64,000 nt of DNA from Longimicrobiales bacterium. GTDB taxonomy: Bacteria > Gemmatimonadota > Gemmatimonadetes > Longimicrobiales > Gaopeijiaceae. Position 1 is the stretch's first letter, and each line of letters starts with the position of its first letter. Shown here piece after piece: positions 9,716 to 23,209 of this stretch. A program made the position numbers and the translations under genes. Under the pieces are notes generated by a model that saw nothing but the letters and a program-made list of their open reading frames with translations, was not told the DNA's origin and ran no database searches. Location: the NCBI GenBank assembly GCA_965248195.1, contig CBDFIQ010000001.1, forward strand, positions 1-64,000, given 5' to 3'.

Positions 9716-10780
9716 TTAAAAGACGGGCTCCGAGGCCACGCGGATCTTCTGCACCCGCCAGGCGGAGATCTCCGCTATGATCAGCTCGTTGGGATTCCGG
9801 CAGTCCATCCCGTGGATCGTTTGAAACTGACCGGCCGCCTTCCCGGCCTCGCCGAACCTGCCGATGATGGTCCCGTCCAGCTCCATCTTGTAGACCTCAC
9901 CGCTTATGTCCCACGATGCCGCGGGGTTGCTGTCGGAGTTCGAGTTCGACACGAAGAGGTACTGGTGCGGACCGGGGGAAATGCAGATCTCCCACGGAGC
10001 CCCGGTGTCTTCGTACATCGCCTGGAGCTCGAGATCACTGTTGTAAACCTTCACGCGCCGGTTTCCACGGTCACCGACGTAGATGTTGCCTTGGTCGTCT
10101 GAAGCGATGGTGTGCGGCGTGCTGAACTCGTCGATCCCCGACCCTCTTTGCCCGGTCCCCACCTGCTTCACATACCGGCCGTCGGGGGTGTATTTCACGA
10201 CGCGGTGGTTGAAGTAGCCGTCAGACACGAAGATGTTGCCCTCCGTGTCCCAGGTGACATCGGTTGGCCGAGCGAAGAGGTAACGCTCATCCGGGCCCGG
10301 TCCACCGGACTGCCCCCAAAATGCCGCTGGGCCGAAAGCAGCCGCCCCGGCAACGGCCGGCGGCCGGTATCCGAGCACCATCGTCACCCTGCCCTCGGGG
10401 TTGAACTTGATGACCTGGTTCGATCCTTCATCAACCGCCCAGATGTTGTCGTCCTTATCGACCCGGACTTTGTGCGCGAACTCGAAGCCGTAGAGTCCGG
10501 CACCGATCTCGCGGACGTAGTCCCCGTCCTCATCGAACTCGAAAAGCCGTGTGTCTTGGCTCCGGGTGTAGACGAAGACGTGACCCTGGGAGTTCGTCGC
10601 CACCCCGATGCCCTCGCCGAAGTACAGCCCCTCGGGGAGTTTGATGAAGCCCTCGACGGGCTCGATCTGGATCTCGGGAACGTTCTGGGCCAGCGCTTGG
10701 GCGGCGTCGAGGGAGCCCGCCCACACGAAAGTCAAAGCCGCCGCGACAGCCACGAAGTACCGACTGGAGTGTTGCCTCAT
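9716..10780 (-). CDS. NHL-repeat PAL-like protein
   Basis: FAHKVRVD, SDGY, TPHTIA, GDRGN and TIHG motifs. Confidence 0.82.
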   Translation of the reverse strand: MRQHSSRYFVAVAAALTFVWAGSLDAAQALAQNVPEIQIEPVEGFIKLPEGLYFGEGIGVATNSQGHVFVYTRSQDTRLFEFDEDGDYVREIGAGLYGFEFAHKVRVDKDDNIWAVDEGSNQVIKFNPEGRVTMVLGYRPPAVAGAAAFGPAAFWGQSGGPGPDERYLFARPTDVTWDTEGNIFVSDGYFNHRVVKYTPDGRYVKQVGTGQRGSGIDEFSTPHTIASDDQGNIYVGDRGNRRVKVYNSDLELQAMYEDTGAPWEICISPGPHQYLFVSNSNSDSNPAASWDISGEVYKMELDGTIIGRFGEAGKAAGQFQTIHGMDCRNPNELIIAEISAWRVQKIRVASEPVF

Positions 10781-11022
10781 GGGAATCTCCGAACAGGGTT
10801 TATTCAAGCCCTGCAGTGTTAGGAGAGTGACCGGTATTGTCAAATTGCGCCGGGGCCCCGGAGGAGTCGCTGATGTGGCTCCGACAAACAATCATCGGCC
10901 AGTGATCGAACCAAAGGCCGAGTCTCCGTCCGTCTTGCGGGTAGCGACGTGCCCGATAAGGTTGACGTGGGAGGCCAACAATGAGCCCCCGTGACTCCCA
11001 TCCCTGATGTGGGGAGAAGCAT

Positions 11023-12082
11023 TATGAGTTTACGCATGGTACGGTTCGCTGTAATCCTCTCGATCATCGCCGGCTCGTCTACCTCAAAGGCGTTCGCGCA
11101 GAACGTCCCAGCCTCGCGGGACTTCAACGCGGAAATTGAAGCCGCGCTGCGATCGGCCAAGAGCGCGGCGGGTTTCGAGTTCCTCGGTACTCTGAACCGG
11201 AATTGCCTGCTTCCCGCGAGCGGCGGCGTTAACACGAGCAACAACCTGCCACGGTACGTCAGGGACCCCACCAACGTCCCCCCACGCGAAGTCTGGTACG
11301 CATCAGCCGCCAAAGTCTTCGACAACCTCTACTTCGTCGGCGGCAAGATTCACACCTCGTGGGCGCTGACCACGAGCGAGGGCATCATCATCATCGACAC
11401 GGCCTACCCTTATAACTCCGAAGAATTGATCATCGGCGGGCTGGAACGGCTCGGCCTCAATCCCGAGGACATCCGATACGTCATCATCTCCCACGCCCAT
11501 GGCGACCACATCGGCGGCTCCCAAATCCTGCAGGACCGTTTTGGCGCACAGGTCGTCATGGGCGGCCCGGATTGGGACCTCGTCGAGACCTACCCGAACC
11601 GGTACGCCTCCATGGCCCCGACGCGCGGGATCGTGGCGACCGACGGTATGGAGCTTACGCTAGGCAACACCACCGTGACGATCTGGGAGACCCCGGGACA
11701 CACGCCGGGGACGCTGTCGTACACGTTCACGGTTTTCGACAATGGGAGGCCGGTGAACGTGGCGTATTCGGGCGGCACGGCGTTCAACTTCGTCAACAAC
11801 ACACCGGATCCGGGCATCGAAAACTTCCAGAGCTATATCGACGCGCAGCAGCACATGGCGGAGCAGGCCGCAGCCACTGGGGCGAGCGTGCTTCTTTCGA
11901 ACCACTCGGAGTTCGATAACGCGGTCAACAGGAACCGCATGCTCGCCGGGCGCGGTGACGGTCCCCACCCCTACGAGCTCGGTGAGGAGTGGGTGCAGCG
12001 CTACTTCCAGGTCATGCAGGGCTGCGCCCGGGCGGCCCAACTCCGGCTGGAGCAAGAGCAGGCCGAAGGGCCCGTGTTTTGA
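11023..12082 (+). CDS. Secreted metallo-beta-lactamase-fold hydrolase (B3-like)
   Basis: HAHGDH, TPGHTPG and SNH motifs; signal peptide. Confidence 0.85.
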
Positions 12083-12151
12083 CCCCTCTCGGGGCCATCT
12101 CGTAGCAAGGGGCTCGACACCTCCCGACGATCACGGGAGTAGCCGCTGGCC

Positions 12152-14206
12152 CTACTGTTCCGCCGATTTGGGCACGATGCTGATGGGGCGGCCCACCATC
12201 ATGGGCTCCCGACCGGCGAGCTCGATCTCCACCGTGAGGGTGTAGTCGCCGGGCTCCAGATCCGGCAGATTCAGCTCTACCGCCCTGAACACGGTCCCCA
12301 GGACGTCCGGGCCCGCCTCTTCATAAGTCATGACGACGGGCTCGTTGGGCTCCAGGACGCGCAGGAACTCCCCCAATCGCCTCGCAAGACTAGTTCGACC
12401 GCGGTTCACCCCGATCCGGACGCTGGCCGACTCACCCACCCGGAGCCCGTACAGCTCCCAGGCCACCTTGAAGGCATCACCCGCTTCGATCCTCACGGCC
12501 GGAAGGGCCCTGGGAACGGCTTCGTCCAGCGACGTCGGAACCTCTCCCCCTCCCTGTAGGATCAGCAGGTCCGAGATGGCCGCGAGCCCCGAAGCGATAG
12601 GATCCTGCCAGAGGCCGTGCCGATCCCGCCACGCCTTCTTCGCGTGGGGGCTGTAGGCCTCCAGGCCGAGAACGTAATGCCCGTTGGGCACCTGGAGCTG
12701 GAAGGCGCCCGTCCGCCCCTCGCCCCGAACCTGGTACCGCTTGCCGCTGTTGGAGTCGATGACGAAGAGCCCCGACTGGATATTCTCCTCGGCCACCTCG
12801 GGCATGAACGGCACAGGTGCCTCACGCACTTCACCGAACGGGTTGGTGCGCCTCTGCTTGGCGGACCGGCTCTCGTTCCGTTCCTCCCTCAGGTCCCGGC
12901 CGTCGGGCGTGCGCGGCGCGGGTGGCGGCATGGCGGAGGGATCCCTCCTCTCCTCCGGCTTCGGAGCGAACGCCCCTGCCACCAGGAGCGAGTCGCCTCG
13001 CCGGAAACGCGCCACCTGGGTCTCGAGGATTTCGAGCTCCGGCGCATAGGGCGCCGTATATCCGGTCCGAGGCCCGGATCTGATGATGCCATCGCGAATG
13101 ATGCCACTGAGATCGATGGAACCCCCGACGGGGTTGCTGGACTGGGTCAACGCCTCGAGCAAGCCGGCGTTGATGAGCGGATCCACGGGTGTGCCCCCCT
13201 CCCTGAGCTCCAGGCGCGCCCGGTCTCCGAGCGTCCACTCACCCGGGGCCATCTGCGACGGATCCTCCAACGCCTCGACCGGGGGCAGGAACTCCTGCCC
13301 GCGGCGGTGGCTCACCATGCGACGGGAGTCGAGCAACGTGTCCCCCGTCGGCACATCTCGCTCTCGGGACCAGGCCTCGGGCGCTCCCCAGCGAAGGGTG
13401 ATCTCCTCCAGGTCGTCGTCCCAATCCAGACCCGTGCCGTTGACGGCCTCCGCACGAATCCGGATGAGGACCTGCCGCGCGTAATGCTCTGTCTTACGGT
13501 CGTTGCCCTCGACGAGGTAGAGGGGGTCGGAGAGTATCCATAGCCGCTTCTCCAAGCTCTCTTTGTCTGTCGCCTCCTCATAGATCTTCCACGCCGAGTC
13601 CCCCAGCAGGTGCTCGGGGGCTCGCCAGAGGGCGGCCGTATCGGGTGGCATCTGCTCGAGTGCCTGGCCGAAGGCCTCATCCGCCACAGTCCAGAATTCC
13701 CTCGCGTGATGCACATACGCGGTCAAGGCCGTGCACCACCAATGGATTCGGCCGCCGCATCTCCTGGCCAGATCGGTGGCGTTCGTCCAGGCACCCATGT
13801 CGGTCAGGTAGTAGACCCGCTGACCGAGGATCCAAAGGTCCCCCGGAATCTTCCGGGCTATGTCACTGAGATCCCTGAGCACCCGAGTCCGGGCTAGCTC
13901 GAGCTCCACAGGCTGCTCGGGGGCCCGCCAGTCGTCGACGTCCAGGTGGTCCGGAAAGCGAAAGCAGTAGCGCCCAACGATCTCGTCGCACCGACGGCTG
14001 AGGTCGGCCAGGCCGGGCGCGGTGCGCTGCTCGCGATAGCGCTCGTAGCGCGCCTGGACGTCCTTGGCCTCTTCTAGAAGCTCGAGGGAGTCGGCGACGT
14101 TGAGCGCCGCAAGCTGTCCGGACAGAGCTCGCACAGGGAGGGCGAGTGCACCGAACAGCATGAGCGAGGAAGCCAGCGTGGTGAAGCGTATCACGACAAT
14201 TCTCAT
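12152..14206 (-). CDS. Large secreted hypothetical protein
   Basis: Long ORF with a signal-like N-terminus and an Ig-like C-terminus ([10 protein letters not shown]). Start uncertain. Confidence 0.7.
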   Translation of the reverse strand: MRIVVIRFTTLASSLMLFGALALPVRALSGQLAALNVADSLELLEEAKDVQARYERYREQRTAPGLADLSRRCDEIVGRYCFRFPDHLDVDDWRAPEQPVELELARTRVLRDLSDIARKIPGDLWILGQRVYYLTDMGAWTNATDLARRCGGRIHWWCTALTAYVHHAREFWTVADEAFGQALEQMPPDTAALWRAPEHLLGDSAWKIYEEATDKESLEKRLWILSDPLYLVEGNDRKTEHYARQVLIRIRAEAVNGTGLDWDDDLEEITLRWGAPEAWSRERDVPTGDTLLDSRRMVSHRRGQEFLPPVEALEDPSQMAPGEWTLGDRARLELREGGTPVDPLINAGLLEALTQSSNPVGGSIDLSGIIRDGIIRSGPRTGYTAPYAPELEILETQVARFRRGDSLLVAGAFAPKPEERRDPSAMPPPAPRTPDGRDLREERNESRSAKQRRTNPFGEVREAPVPFMPEVAEENIQSGLFVIDSNSGKRYQVRGEGRTGAFQLQVPNGHYVLGLEAYSPHAKKAWRDRHGLWQDPIASGLAAISDLLILQGGGEVPTSLDEAVPRALPAVRIEAGDAFKVAWELYGLRVGESASVRIGVNRGRTSLARRLGEFLRVLEPNEPVVMTYEEAGPDVLGTVFRAVELNLPDLEPGDYTLTVEIELAGREPMMVGRPISIVPKSAEQ

Positions 14207-14413
14207 CGGAAGCGACGGGTATCTAGCGTATGGATGCCTCTCGGGCGTCTTCTCGTTAAAGCCGCCAGCGGCCCCAACGGGTCCAGCATCCCACTCTGTG
14301 AGGGTAGCGCTGGCGACCCTCAACGCGCAGGTTTCTTCACCGAACGCGATCGCTTCGGCGAGGCGTACAAGACCCCCGCGTACCCGGTAATTCTCGACCA
14401 AAGAGGTTCAGCC

Positions 14414-14937
14414 ATGCCGAAGTTCACCCTCAACGGAGAAGCTCGGGAGGTCAACGTCCCGGGGAACAATCCTCTGCTTTGGGTCCTGCGCGAGTCGCTC
14501 GCGCTCACGGGCACCAAGTTCGGGTGTGGGATCGGCCAGTGCGGGGCCTGCACGGTCCTTCTGAACGGCCAGCCGATCCGGTCGTGTCGGTTTCCGGTAA
14601 GCGGCGTCGAGGGGGCGGAGATCACGACGATCGAGGGCCTCTCTCCCGATGGCGGTCACCCGGTACAACGGGCCTGGGTGGAAGAGCAGGTTCCGCAGTG
14701 CGGATACTGCCAATCCGGACAGATCATGTCGGCGGTGGCACTGTTGGCCACCCGCGAGCGGCCGACCGACGCGGACATCGACGCCGCGATGTCCGGCAAC
14801 GTGTGCCGGTGCGGGACATACGGGGCGATCAGGCGTGCGATTCATCGGGCCGCCGATCTCCAGGCGGATGATCCCGAAGCGGGCGATCTCGCGACGCGGG
14901 CGATCGCGACCGGCGGTGGCGACGCGGGAAGTGACCG

Positions 14938-14941
<4 letters not shown>
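14414..14941 (+). CDS. iorA: Isoquinoline 1-oxidoreductase alpha-like 2Fe-2S subunit
   Basis: [20 protein letters not shown] and CRCGTY motifs. Confidence 0.9.
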
Positions 14942-17097
<2,156 letters not shown>

Positions 17098-17232
17098 GAC
17101 ACCGTCCCGGTGTCTCCGGCGCTGGTGCATGGCTCCTGGTGGCGGAAGCTCGCGTTCTCGGCTGCATACTCGGCACGGCCATCGGGGACTCGATCGGGCT
17201 GCCGTACGAGGGTTTGTCTCGTCGCGCATGAG

Positions 17233-17841
17233 CTAGACGATCAACTCGGCTTTGGCGCGTTCGTAATCTGCCGGCACGTCCAGATCGGTAAGCGCCGCGG
17301 GATCCCACTCGACGACCACGGCGTCGTCGCGATGACGCCGGACGATGTGCTTGCCACACCCTTCTCCGTCAGGCCCCTCGAATTCGGGAAATAACACCCG
17401 GCCATGCAGCATCGGAGGGGCGTTGACGTCACCATAGCGTGATATCACGAGCGGCGCGTCGCTCTCGCGGTAACGCGCCATCAGCGCCTCGAGCATGGAC
17501 GTCGTCACAAAGGGCATGTCCGGAAGCATCACCACCGCGCCGATCGCTTGATCGGGGACTGCAGCGATTCCGAGTTGGACCGAGCTGTTGATCCCCGCTT
17601 CGAATTCGGTGTTCACGACCTCTCGATGCGCCAGGCCCGAAAGAACCTCCCGGACCCGATCCGCCTCGAAGCCCAGCACGACGATGACCGGGGAGAGGCC
17701 AGCGTCGATCGCTCGCCCGACCGCACGCCGGATCAGCGGTTCTCCATCCAGCTCGAGCAAGAGTTTGTTGCGACCCATTCGCGTCGAGTTGCCGGCAGCC
17801 AGCACAACGCCGGCAATCGGCCCGCTGCGCTCAGATGACAT
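17233..17841 (-). CDS. mocA: Molybdenum cofactor cytidylyltransferase-like nucleotidyltransferase
   Basis: VLAAGNSTRMGRNKLL, DMP and DLDVPADY motifs. Confidence 0.8.
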   Translation of the reverse strand: MSSERSGPIAGVVLAAGNSTRMGRNKLLLELDGEPLIRRAVGRAIDAGLSPVIVVLGFEADRVREVLSGLAHREVVNTEFEAGINSSVQLGIAAVPDQAIGAVVMLPDMPFVTTSMLEALMARYRESDAPLVISRYGDVNAPPMLHGRVLFPEFEGPDGEGCGKHIVRRHRDDAVVVEWDPAALTDLDVPADYERAKAELIV

Positions 17842-18898
17842 CGACCGCCACCTCTCGCTGAGGCAAGTGACCGGGTTCCCGCAGCGACCGCACCGCGAGC
17901 AGCTCGGCCACGATGCACAGAGCGATCTGCTCCGGGCCGTCGGCACCGATATCCAGTCCCACCGGCCCAAACACGCGCTCCGTCGCTTCACCACCCACCT
18001 TCTCGAGAACCCTGTCGGTACGAGTCCGCGGGCCGAGGAGTCCGACATAGGCAACGTCCGTACGAAGAAGGTGGCCGACCCATCCGAGATCGTCCGCGAA
18101 CGAGTGAGTCATGACGACTGCATAGGTCTCCGGCCCGAATGGAATGTCGTGGACGCCTTCTTCGGGACGCCTTGTGACCAGATGCCCGGCCTGTGGGAAC
18201 CGTTCCGGCTGGAGATAAGCCGGTCGATGATCTACAAGCGTCACGCGAAAGCCAATGTGAGAGGCGAACTCTGTCAGGGGCATCGCGTCGTCGCCGGCTC
18301 CGAAAATCACCAGGCGAGGGGGTGGCTCGTACACTTCGGTGAACACCCTCGCGGAATCGTCACCCCACTGCGTCGACTGGCCCCGGGCGAGGTATTCTTT
18401 GCTTCGTGCGGCCACGTCTAGATCGGGCCGGGCGGTCGAGCCATCCGCCACCCCATCGGGGTCGACGAGCACGACACGGCCCGCCGCATCGCCACTCAGC
18501 ACAGTCGATACCGCAAAAGGCCGGTCGCCGTCCAGCAACGCGCGCACCCGGCTCAGCACCCCTCTGGTATCCCCCGTCAAGGCCTGCACGAGGATCTCGA
18601 CCGAGCCATCGCATCCCAGTCCGAACCTCCATACGGTGTCTTCATCGGCTCCAGTCTCGTAGTGTCGAAGGCGGCAGTGGCCGTCTCTGAGCACCGCGAG
18701 TCCCACCTCCCGGACATCTGCCTCGAGACATCCACCGCTCACGCCACCCAACGTGGAGCCCCCATCATCGATCAAGAGCTTGGCACCTGGCCGGCGGTAG
18801 GACGAGCCCTCGATTTTGACGACGGTGGCAAGCGCGAGCGGTTGGTTGCTTCTCTCGACGCGTTCAAGGATTTCCCACGTCTCTTGCCACTGTTTCAT
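17831..18898 (-). CDS. xdhC: XdhC/CoxI family Moco maturation factor
   Basis: GSSYRRPGAK, SGGCLE, GLGCDG, FGAGDDA and GPVGLDIGA motifs. Confidence 0.9.
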   Translation of the reverse strand: MKQWQETWEILERVERSNQPLALATVVKIEGSSYRRPGAKLLIDDGGSTLGGVSGGCLEADVREVGLAVLRDGHCRLRHYETGADEDTVWRFGLGCDGSVEILVQALTGDTRGVLSRVRALLDGDRPFAVSTVLSGDAAGRVVLVDPDGVADGSTARPDLDVAARSKEYLARGQSTQWGDDSARVFTEVYEPPPRLVIFGAGDDAMPLTEFASHIGFRVTLVDHRPAYLQPERFPQAGHLVTRRPEEGVHDIPFGPETYAVVMTHSFADDLGWVGHLLRTDVAYVGLLGPRTRTDRVLEKVGGEATERVFGPVGLDIGADGPEQIALCIVAELLAVRSLREPGHLPQREVAVDVI

Positions 18899-19266
18899 CG
18901 GGAGCTCTCGTTTGGAAACAACCGAGCTTGACAGGTGCGACTCGCCCGTCTTCCAGGGCATGAGCAAAGGAAAGGAACGCCCAGGCCTCCGGTCGGCAAG
19001 CCGTGATTCAGCCCTGCCACTCCCTGGACCGCAGCGTCATCGTGGGGAGCTGTTGGTGCTGTTCGGAAGTCAGACTGTAATGCCGGCTCTCCATCCCCAA
19101 GGCAATCGACTACGCCGTCGGTTCCAGGACGCGGCCCATGAACAGCACTGCTCCATGGGCCCTCCTAGTCGGCAACGGGGCGTATTCGCTCCCTCCCAGC
19201 TATTCTAAGGTGGTTTTTCGGAGGTTCGTCACACTAGGCTCGTCCTGATGAGGAGCGATACGGCTA

Positions 19267-19806
19267 ATGGAGAACCCGCCCAGCCCAGGGGATTCGCCCG
19301 GCGGCCTCGAGCGGCAGGAGATCATCGACACGCTCGAGCGCGTGCGCGATCGTCCACCCCCCACGGACCCGAGCTCCGCGGGGTGCGTCGCCGCGATCGT
19401 GGCCATCATCACGCTCGTGCTCATGCCCTTCATCGGCCGGGGCTTCGACCTGAGCAGCGGAGCCATGCTGCGGATCGGGATCGGGCTCGGCGTCGTGGCG
19501 CTCATTGGGGGCATTTTCGGGATCTTTGCTGGCGCGCTCCCCAGAGGAGCAATCCTCGCAGACGTGGAGGAGGCCATTCAGGAGCTGATGGTCGAATGGC
19601 CCGACGGCGATCCAGCCGTGATCCGCGAGGCGGCGATCAGGATTCTCGACCAATCGACAGTCAGCACAGGACCGGCGACCGTCGAGACCTTCGACACGAA
19701 AGAGGTCGCGATCCGCCTCGGACCGGCATTGGACTACGTGCTCGGCATCGAGCGATTCCTACTCGAGCGCCAGGAGATCTACCCGGTGTTCACGATGCTT
19801 GGGTAG
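19267..19806 (+). CDS. Hypothetical membrane protein (two TM segments)
   Basis: AGGAG RBS and two hydrophobic segments. Confidence 0.65.
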   Translation: MENPPSPGDSPGGLERQEIIDTLERVRDRPPPTDPSSAGCVAAIVAIITLVLMPFIGRGFDLSSGAMLRIGIGLGVVALIGGIFGIFAGALPRGAILADVEEAIQELMVEWPDGDPAVIREAAIRILDQSTVSTGPATVETFDTKEVAIRLGPALDYVLGIERFLLERQEIYPVFTMLG

Positions 19807-19883
19807 GAAGCCACGTCGTGGACGATAGCCTTCCCCGGCCCCTGGGGGGCCAGCTTCTTCCTTGCCGTTCCCCTGGCGGCCCG

Positions 19884-20057
19884 AATACCTCCGTGGTGGA
19901 CAAGTTCCATCGCACGCATGACGTGCCCAACCTCTTCTTGTGCGACGGCAGCAGCCTTGTTACGGGCGGCCGAGGTCAGCCTACGTGCACGATCCAGGCG
20001 TTGGCGTACCGTGCCGCCGACCACATCAGTCAGTTCGCGCAGCGGGGCGAAATCTAA
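19884..20057 (+). pseudogene. C-terminal remnant of a GMC oxidoreductase
   Basis: SVVDKFHRTHDVPNLFLCDGS...QPTCTIQALAYRAADHI; no N-terminal part is present. Confidence 0.8.
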
Positions 20058-20069
20058 CCCCGAACTTCG

Positions 20070-21901
20070 GCTCTACGCCCCCCGCGACGGCGCTTGCGAA
20101 GTAACGGTCCAAACCCCTCCTGCTTGCAGTGATGTCATGCTGCGTGTATTATCCGTTCTATCCCCCCCAGGCTAAGACAGGAAGGTCATTGCTTTGATTC
20201 TCGCTCCGGGGAGGCACCGTCGTTCTTCCGCTTCGGCCATGTCACGTCGCCAACACGTGTGGATAGGACGATCGTCGGTGTCGTGGGTGTGGCCGCTTGC
20301 AGCGACGGCGGCGTGGCGCCGCCCCCTACGCGCCCGGATTTGTCGGCGACCGCCTCGTCCTCCCTGCTCCATGGTGGTAGCACCGCCGAATTCGGCCGGG
20401 TGGAGCCTCCGGGACCCTCCCGGGCGGTCCAGGAATCTGCCCGCAACACAAGTGTCACAATGAGGATCCCTATCCCTAAACAGCAAGGAGCAAACGCGTG
20501 AAGCGATTCTCGGTTTTCTCGCTAATGGTGGTGCTTATCGCCGGTTGTGAAAATGGGGCGACCAACCCAGAGCTGCCACCGACTGTGGCGGTGCACTCGA
20601 TTCAGAACCTGACATCCGCGGTTGGTGCAGGTCTGCTATTGGCCACGACCAACGCGGGGGAATTGGTCGAAATTGATTTGGACGCGGGCACCGCGCATCT
20701 CGTCGGAGCTGCTGGCGGCGGCCTCGGATGGACCGGATTGTCGTTTGATCCGCTGGGCAACCTCTTTGTCACGAGTAACCGTAAATCTGGGACGACCCCT
20801 GAGTGCGAGGTTGCCTCGGGAACTTCTGGTAGCTGCGCCCATCTCTACAAGGTGAACCCTACAACGGGGGCGGCGGAAGAGGTCGGCAACACCGGTATCG
20901 GGTTCCTTTCGGATATAGACTTCGCGCCTGACGGCACGTTGTACGGAAACTTCTTCATCAATGAAGTACTCCTCGAGGGCGGCGGTACCCTGGCGACCTT
21001 TGATCTGAGCTCGCCAGAGCCAACCGCAAGCCCGGTCGGGGAGGGATTTGGCCCTGGCTCTGGCACGCGTGATTTGGAGAATGGCGGGCTGTCGAGACAC
21101 CCACAGACTGGCGAGCTCTGGGGGGTGGAATCCAATTTCAGTCCAGCACCAAGCATTTTCAGAATTGACCCTGAAACGGGACTCGCCTCCGACGTTGTTC
21201 GCCTTGGCCTCGGTGGAGACGCAACACCCTTCGGCTTGGACGCACTGGAGATTCTTCCAGACGGAAGGTTCATCGGTTTGAGAGGTGGGGGTTGGAGCAC
21301 CCTATACGAAATCGACCCGACCCCCGACCCGGTTACTGGCCTGGCTGAGCTTACCCTCGTTGATCTGTCGATCGATACAGATATTCAGGGGGACCTGAAT
21401 GGGCTGGAGAGTCCCCGGCTACATCCGGCCGCGGCGGTCGAGGCGACAATTGCTGAGATCCGCGAGATCGTCGACCCGGGCACGCAGTTGGCGGATAAGT
21501 TGGAAGATGTGATCGCGAAGCTGGAGGCCGCCTTCGCCGATTTCTTCAAGACCCCGCCCGATAATCAAGCAGCCTTGGGAAGGATTGAAGGCGCCGTTGG
21601 GGATCTCGAGGCGGCCGCCAATGATGGCCTGGATTCGGACGAAGGCGCTCAACTCATGGATGAACTTGCAGGGATCGCCCGGCAGATGGCGGTAAATGCC
21701 CGGAATGAGGCGATGGCCCGAGCAGGCGACCCGAGCGCGATCGCGGACGCTCAGCAGTACCTGGACGATGGTGATGCGCTGAGGGCGTCGGACGCGTTCA
21801 AGGATGCGATTGCCAAATACAAGGATGCACTAGCCAAGGCGGAGGGCGCCTAAACGGCGGAAACAGACAGTGGCGTGAAGCTCTACGCCCCCCGCGACGG
21901 C
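20070..21901. repeat. 22-bp direct repeats bounding a 1.8-kb islet
   Basis: GCTCTACGCCCCCCGCGACGGC at 20070-20091 and 21880-21901. Confidence 0.85.
20498..21853 (+). CDS. Lipoprotein with a beta-propeller-like region and a helical C-terminus
   Basis: AAGGAG RBS, GTG start, lipobox IAGC, repeated LYxIDPxTG motifs. Confidence 0.75.
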   Translation: MKRFSVFSLMVVLIAGCENGATNPELPPTVAVHSIQNLTSAVGAGLLLATTNAGELVEIDLDAGTAHLVGAAGGGLGWTGLSFDPLGNLFVTSNRKSGTTPECEVASGTSGSCAHLYKVNPTTGAAEEVGNTGIGFLSDIDFAPDGTLYGNFFINEVLLEGGGTLATFDLSSPEPTASPVGEGFGPGSGTRDLENGGLSRHPQTGELWGVESNFSPAPSIFRIDPETGLASDVVRLGLGGDATPFGLDALEILPDGRFIGLRGGGWSTLYEIDPTPDPVTGLAELTLVDLSIDTDIQGDLNGLESPRLHPAAAVEATIAEIREIVDPGTQLADKLEDVIAKLEAAFADFFKTPPDNQAALGRIEGAVGDLEAAANDGLDSDEGAQLMDELAGIARQMAVNARNEAMARAGDPSAIADAQQYLDDGDALRASDAFKDAIAKYKDALAKAEGA

Positions 21902-22950
21902 ACCCGCATCAAATACGGCTCGAGTCCCTTCAGATTGTGCTCGATCTCATCGATCTGCACTTGGGAAAGTGAATAATCGCGGCCACGCTGAGTGCGCGTC
22001 GTGAAAATGCCCCTTCGCTGCAGGAGGTAGCGACCCGCCCCGGGAATCCCCGTCTCGCAGGTCAGCATCACGAGCAGGTTCCCGTGAATGTCGCGCACCG
22101 CATCCCAGTCGCCCTCTCGCGACGCGGCCCACATCCGAGCGAAGACCTCGGCGTACATCGACATGCCACTGACCAGCCCATCCACACCCAAACGCAAGTC
22201 GTAGGCGAAGTAGCGCCCCCGCATTGCCGAGTACACGCGCTTGATCTGTGGCTGTCCGACGAGGGCTTGAATGCGATCGAAGACGGGCTGGGCCTCCTCC
22301 TTCACGTAGCCGAGGTTCGGATACTTGTCCGCGAGCTCTAGCATGAAGTCGGTCTCGAACACCACTCCGGGAAGATTCGGCTGCGTCTGGATCATGATGG
22401 GCCGCGAGGTGACCTCCGCCAGCGCGGAGTAATACTCCCGGTAGTCGTCCAGGGAGTTCCCCACCTTCGGCGGCATCGCGATCATCATGTCGGGCTCGAG
22501 CCGCTCGGCGAAGGTGGCCAGCTCCACCAGCTCCCGTGTGGAGTCCTGCTGCACCCCCAACACGAGCGTGAGGGACCGTCCCCGGTTGGCGCGGGTGAGG
22601 ACCTCCATTCCCCGCTTGATCTCCTCGGTGGTGAGCCGCGGATAGTCGCTCGAGTTCTGTGGCCACACGAGCCCGTGCGCCCCGGCGTGGTCGAGCCACT
22701 CTACCTGGAACGCCAGGTCGTCGTAATGGACCGCACCCGACTCGGTGTAGGGAGTCGACAGGATGACGAAGATGCCGCGCATGTCTTCGGCGGCGCGCAA
22801 GGCTTCGGCCGCGCCAATGCCACCGGGCCCGATGACTCGCGCTCGATCCGTCTGAGCCGCCAACGGCTGAGCACGCACGGCCACTTGCGACCCGACGACC
22901 GCGGATCCCATGAGTTTGAGACTGTCGCGACGGGTGTATGTCTTCTTCAT
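21883..22950 (-). CDS. Tat-exported DapA/NanA (dihydrodipicolinate synthase) family protein
   Basis: TRRDSLK Tat motif; class I aldolase pattern with YVKEE. Confidence 0.8.
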   Translation of the reverse strand: MKKTYTRRDSLKLMGSAVVGSQVAVRAQPLAAQTDRARVIGPGGIGAAEALRAAEDMRGIFVILSTPYTESGAVHYDDLAFQVEWLDHAGAHGLVWPQNSSDYPRLTTEEIKRGMEVLTRANRGRSLTLVLGVQQDSTRELVELATFAERLEPDMMIAMPPKVGNSLDDYREYYSALAEVTSRPIMIQTQPNLPGVVFETDFMLELADKYPNLGYVKEEAQPVFDRIQALVGQPQIKRVYSAMRGRYFAYDLRLGVDGLVSGMSMYAEVFARMWAASREGDWDAVRDIHGNLLVMLTCETGIPGAGRYLLQRRGIFTTRTQRGRDYSLSQVQIDEIEHNLKGLEPYLMRVPSRGA

Positions 22951-23209
22951 TGGACCATCCCCTCATGCACGAATAGACGGGACCAGGCCTGGGCGGACCG
23001 GAGCCGGGATCAGGATCGGGATGAGGGTAACCGGGTCTGAGCGGCCCGCGCAATCATTCGACGGGACGGCATCGGAACTGCGCTGGATGCGTTCGCTCTC
23101 CCGGATGATCGCCCGTAAGTTTCCGGCCTGCCGGGTCGGCTTGCGACGGGAACGTGGCTGGCTCATTTTTCTAGGGATTCTTGGGGGACGTTTCTCAACG
23201 GAGTTTGTG

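Noticed and set aside
11023..12082. Calling this a true antibiotic-resistance beta-lactamase
   Set aside because: Only the fold motifs are visible; the substrate cannot be inferred.
19248..20057. 269-aa ORF as an intact gene
   Set aside because: Only the last ~57 aa are GMC-like; the rest is off-frame over the 19267-19806 gene.
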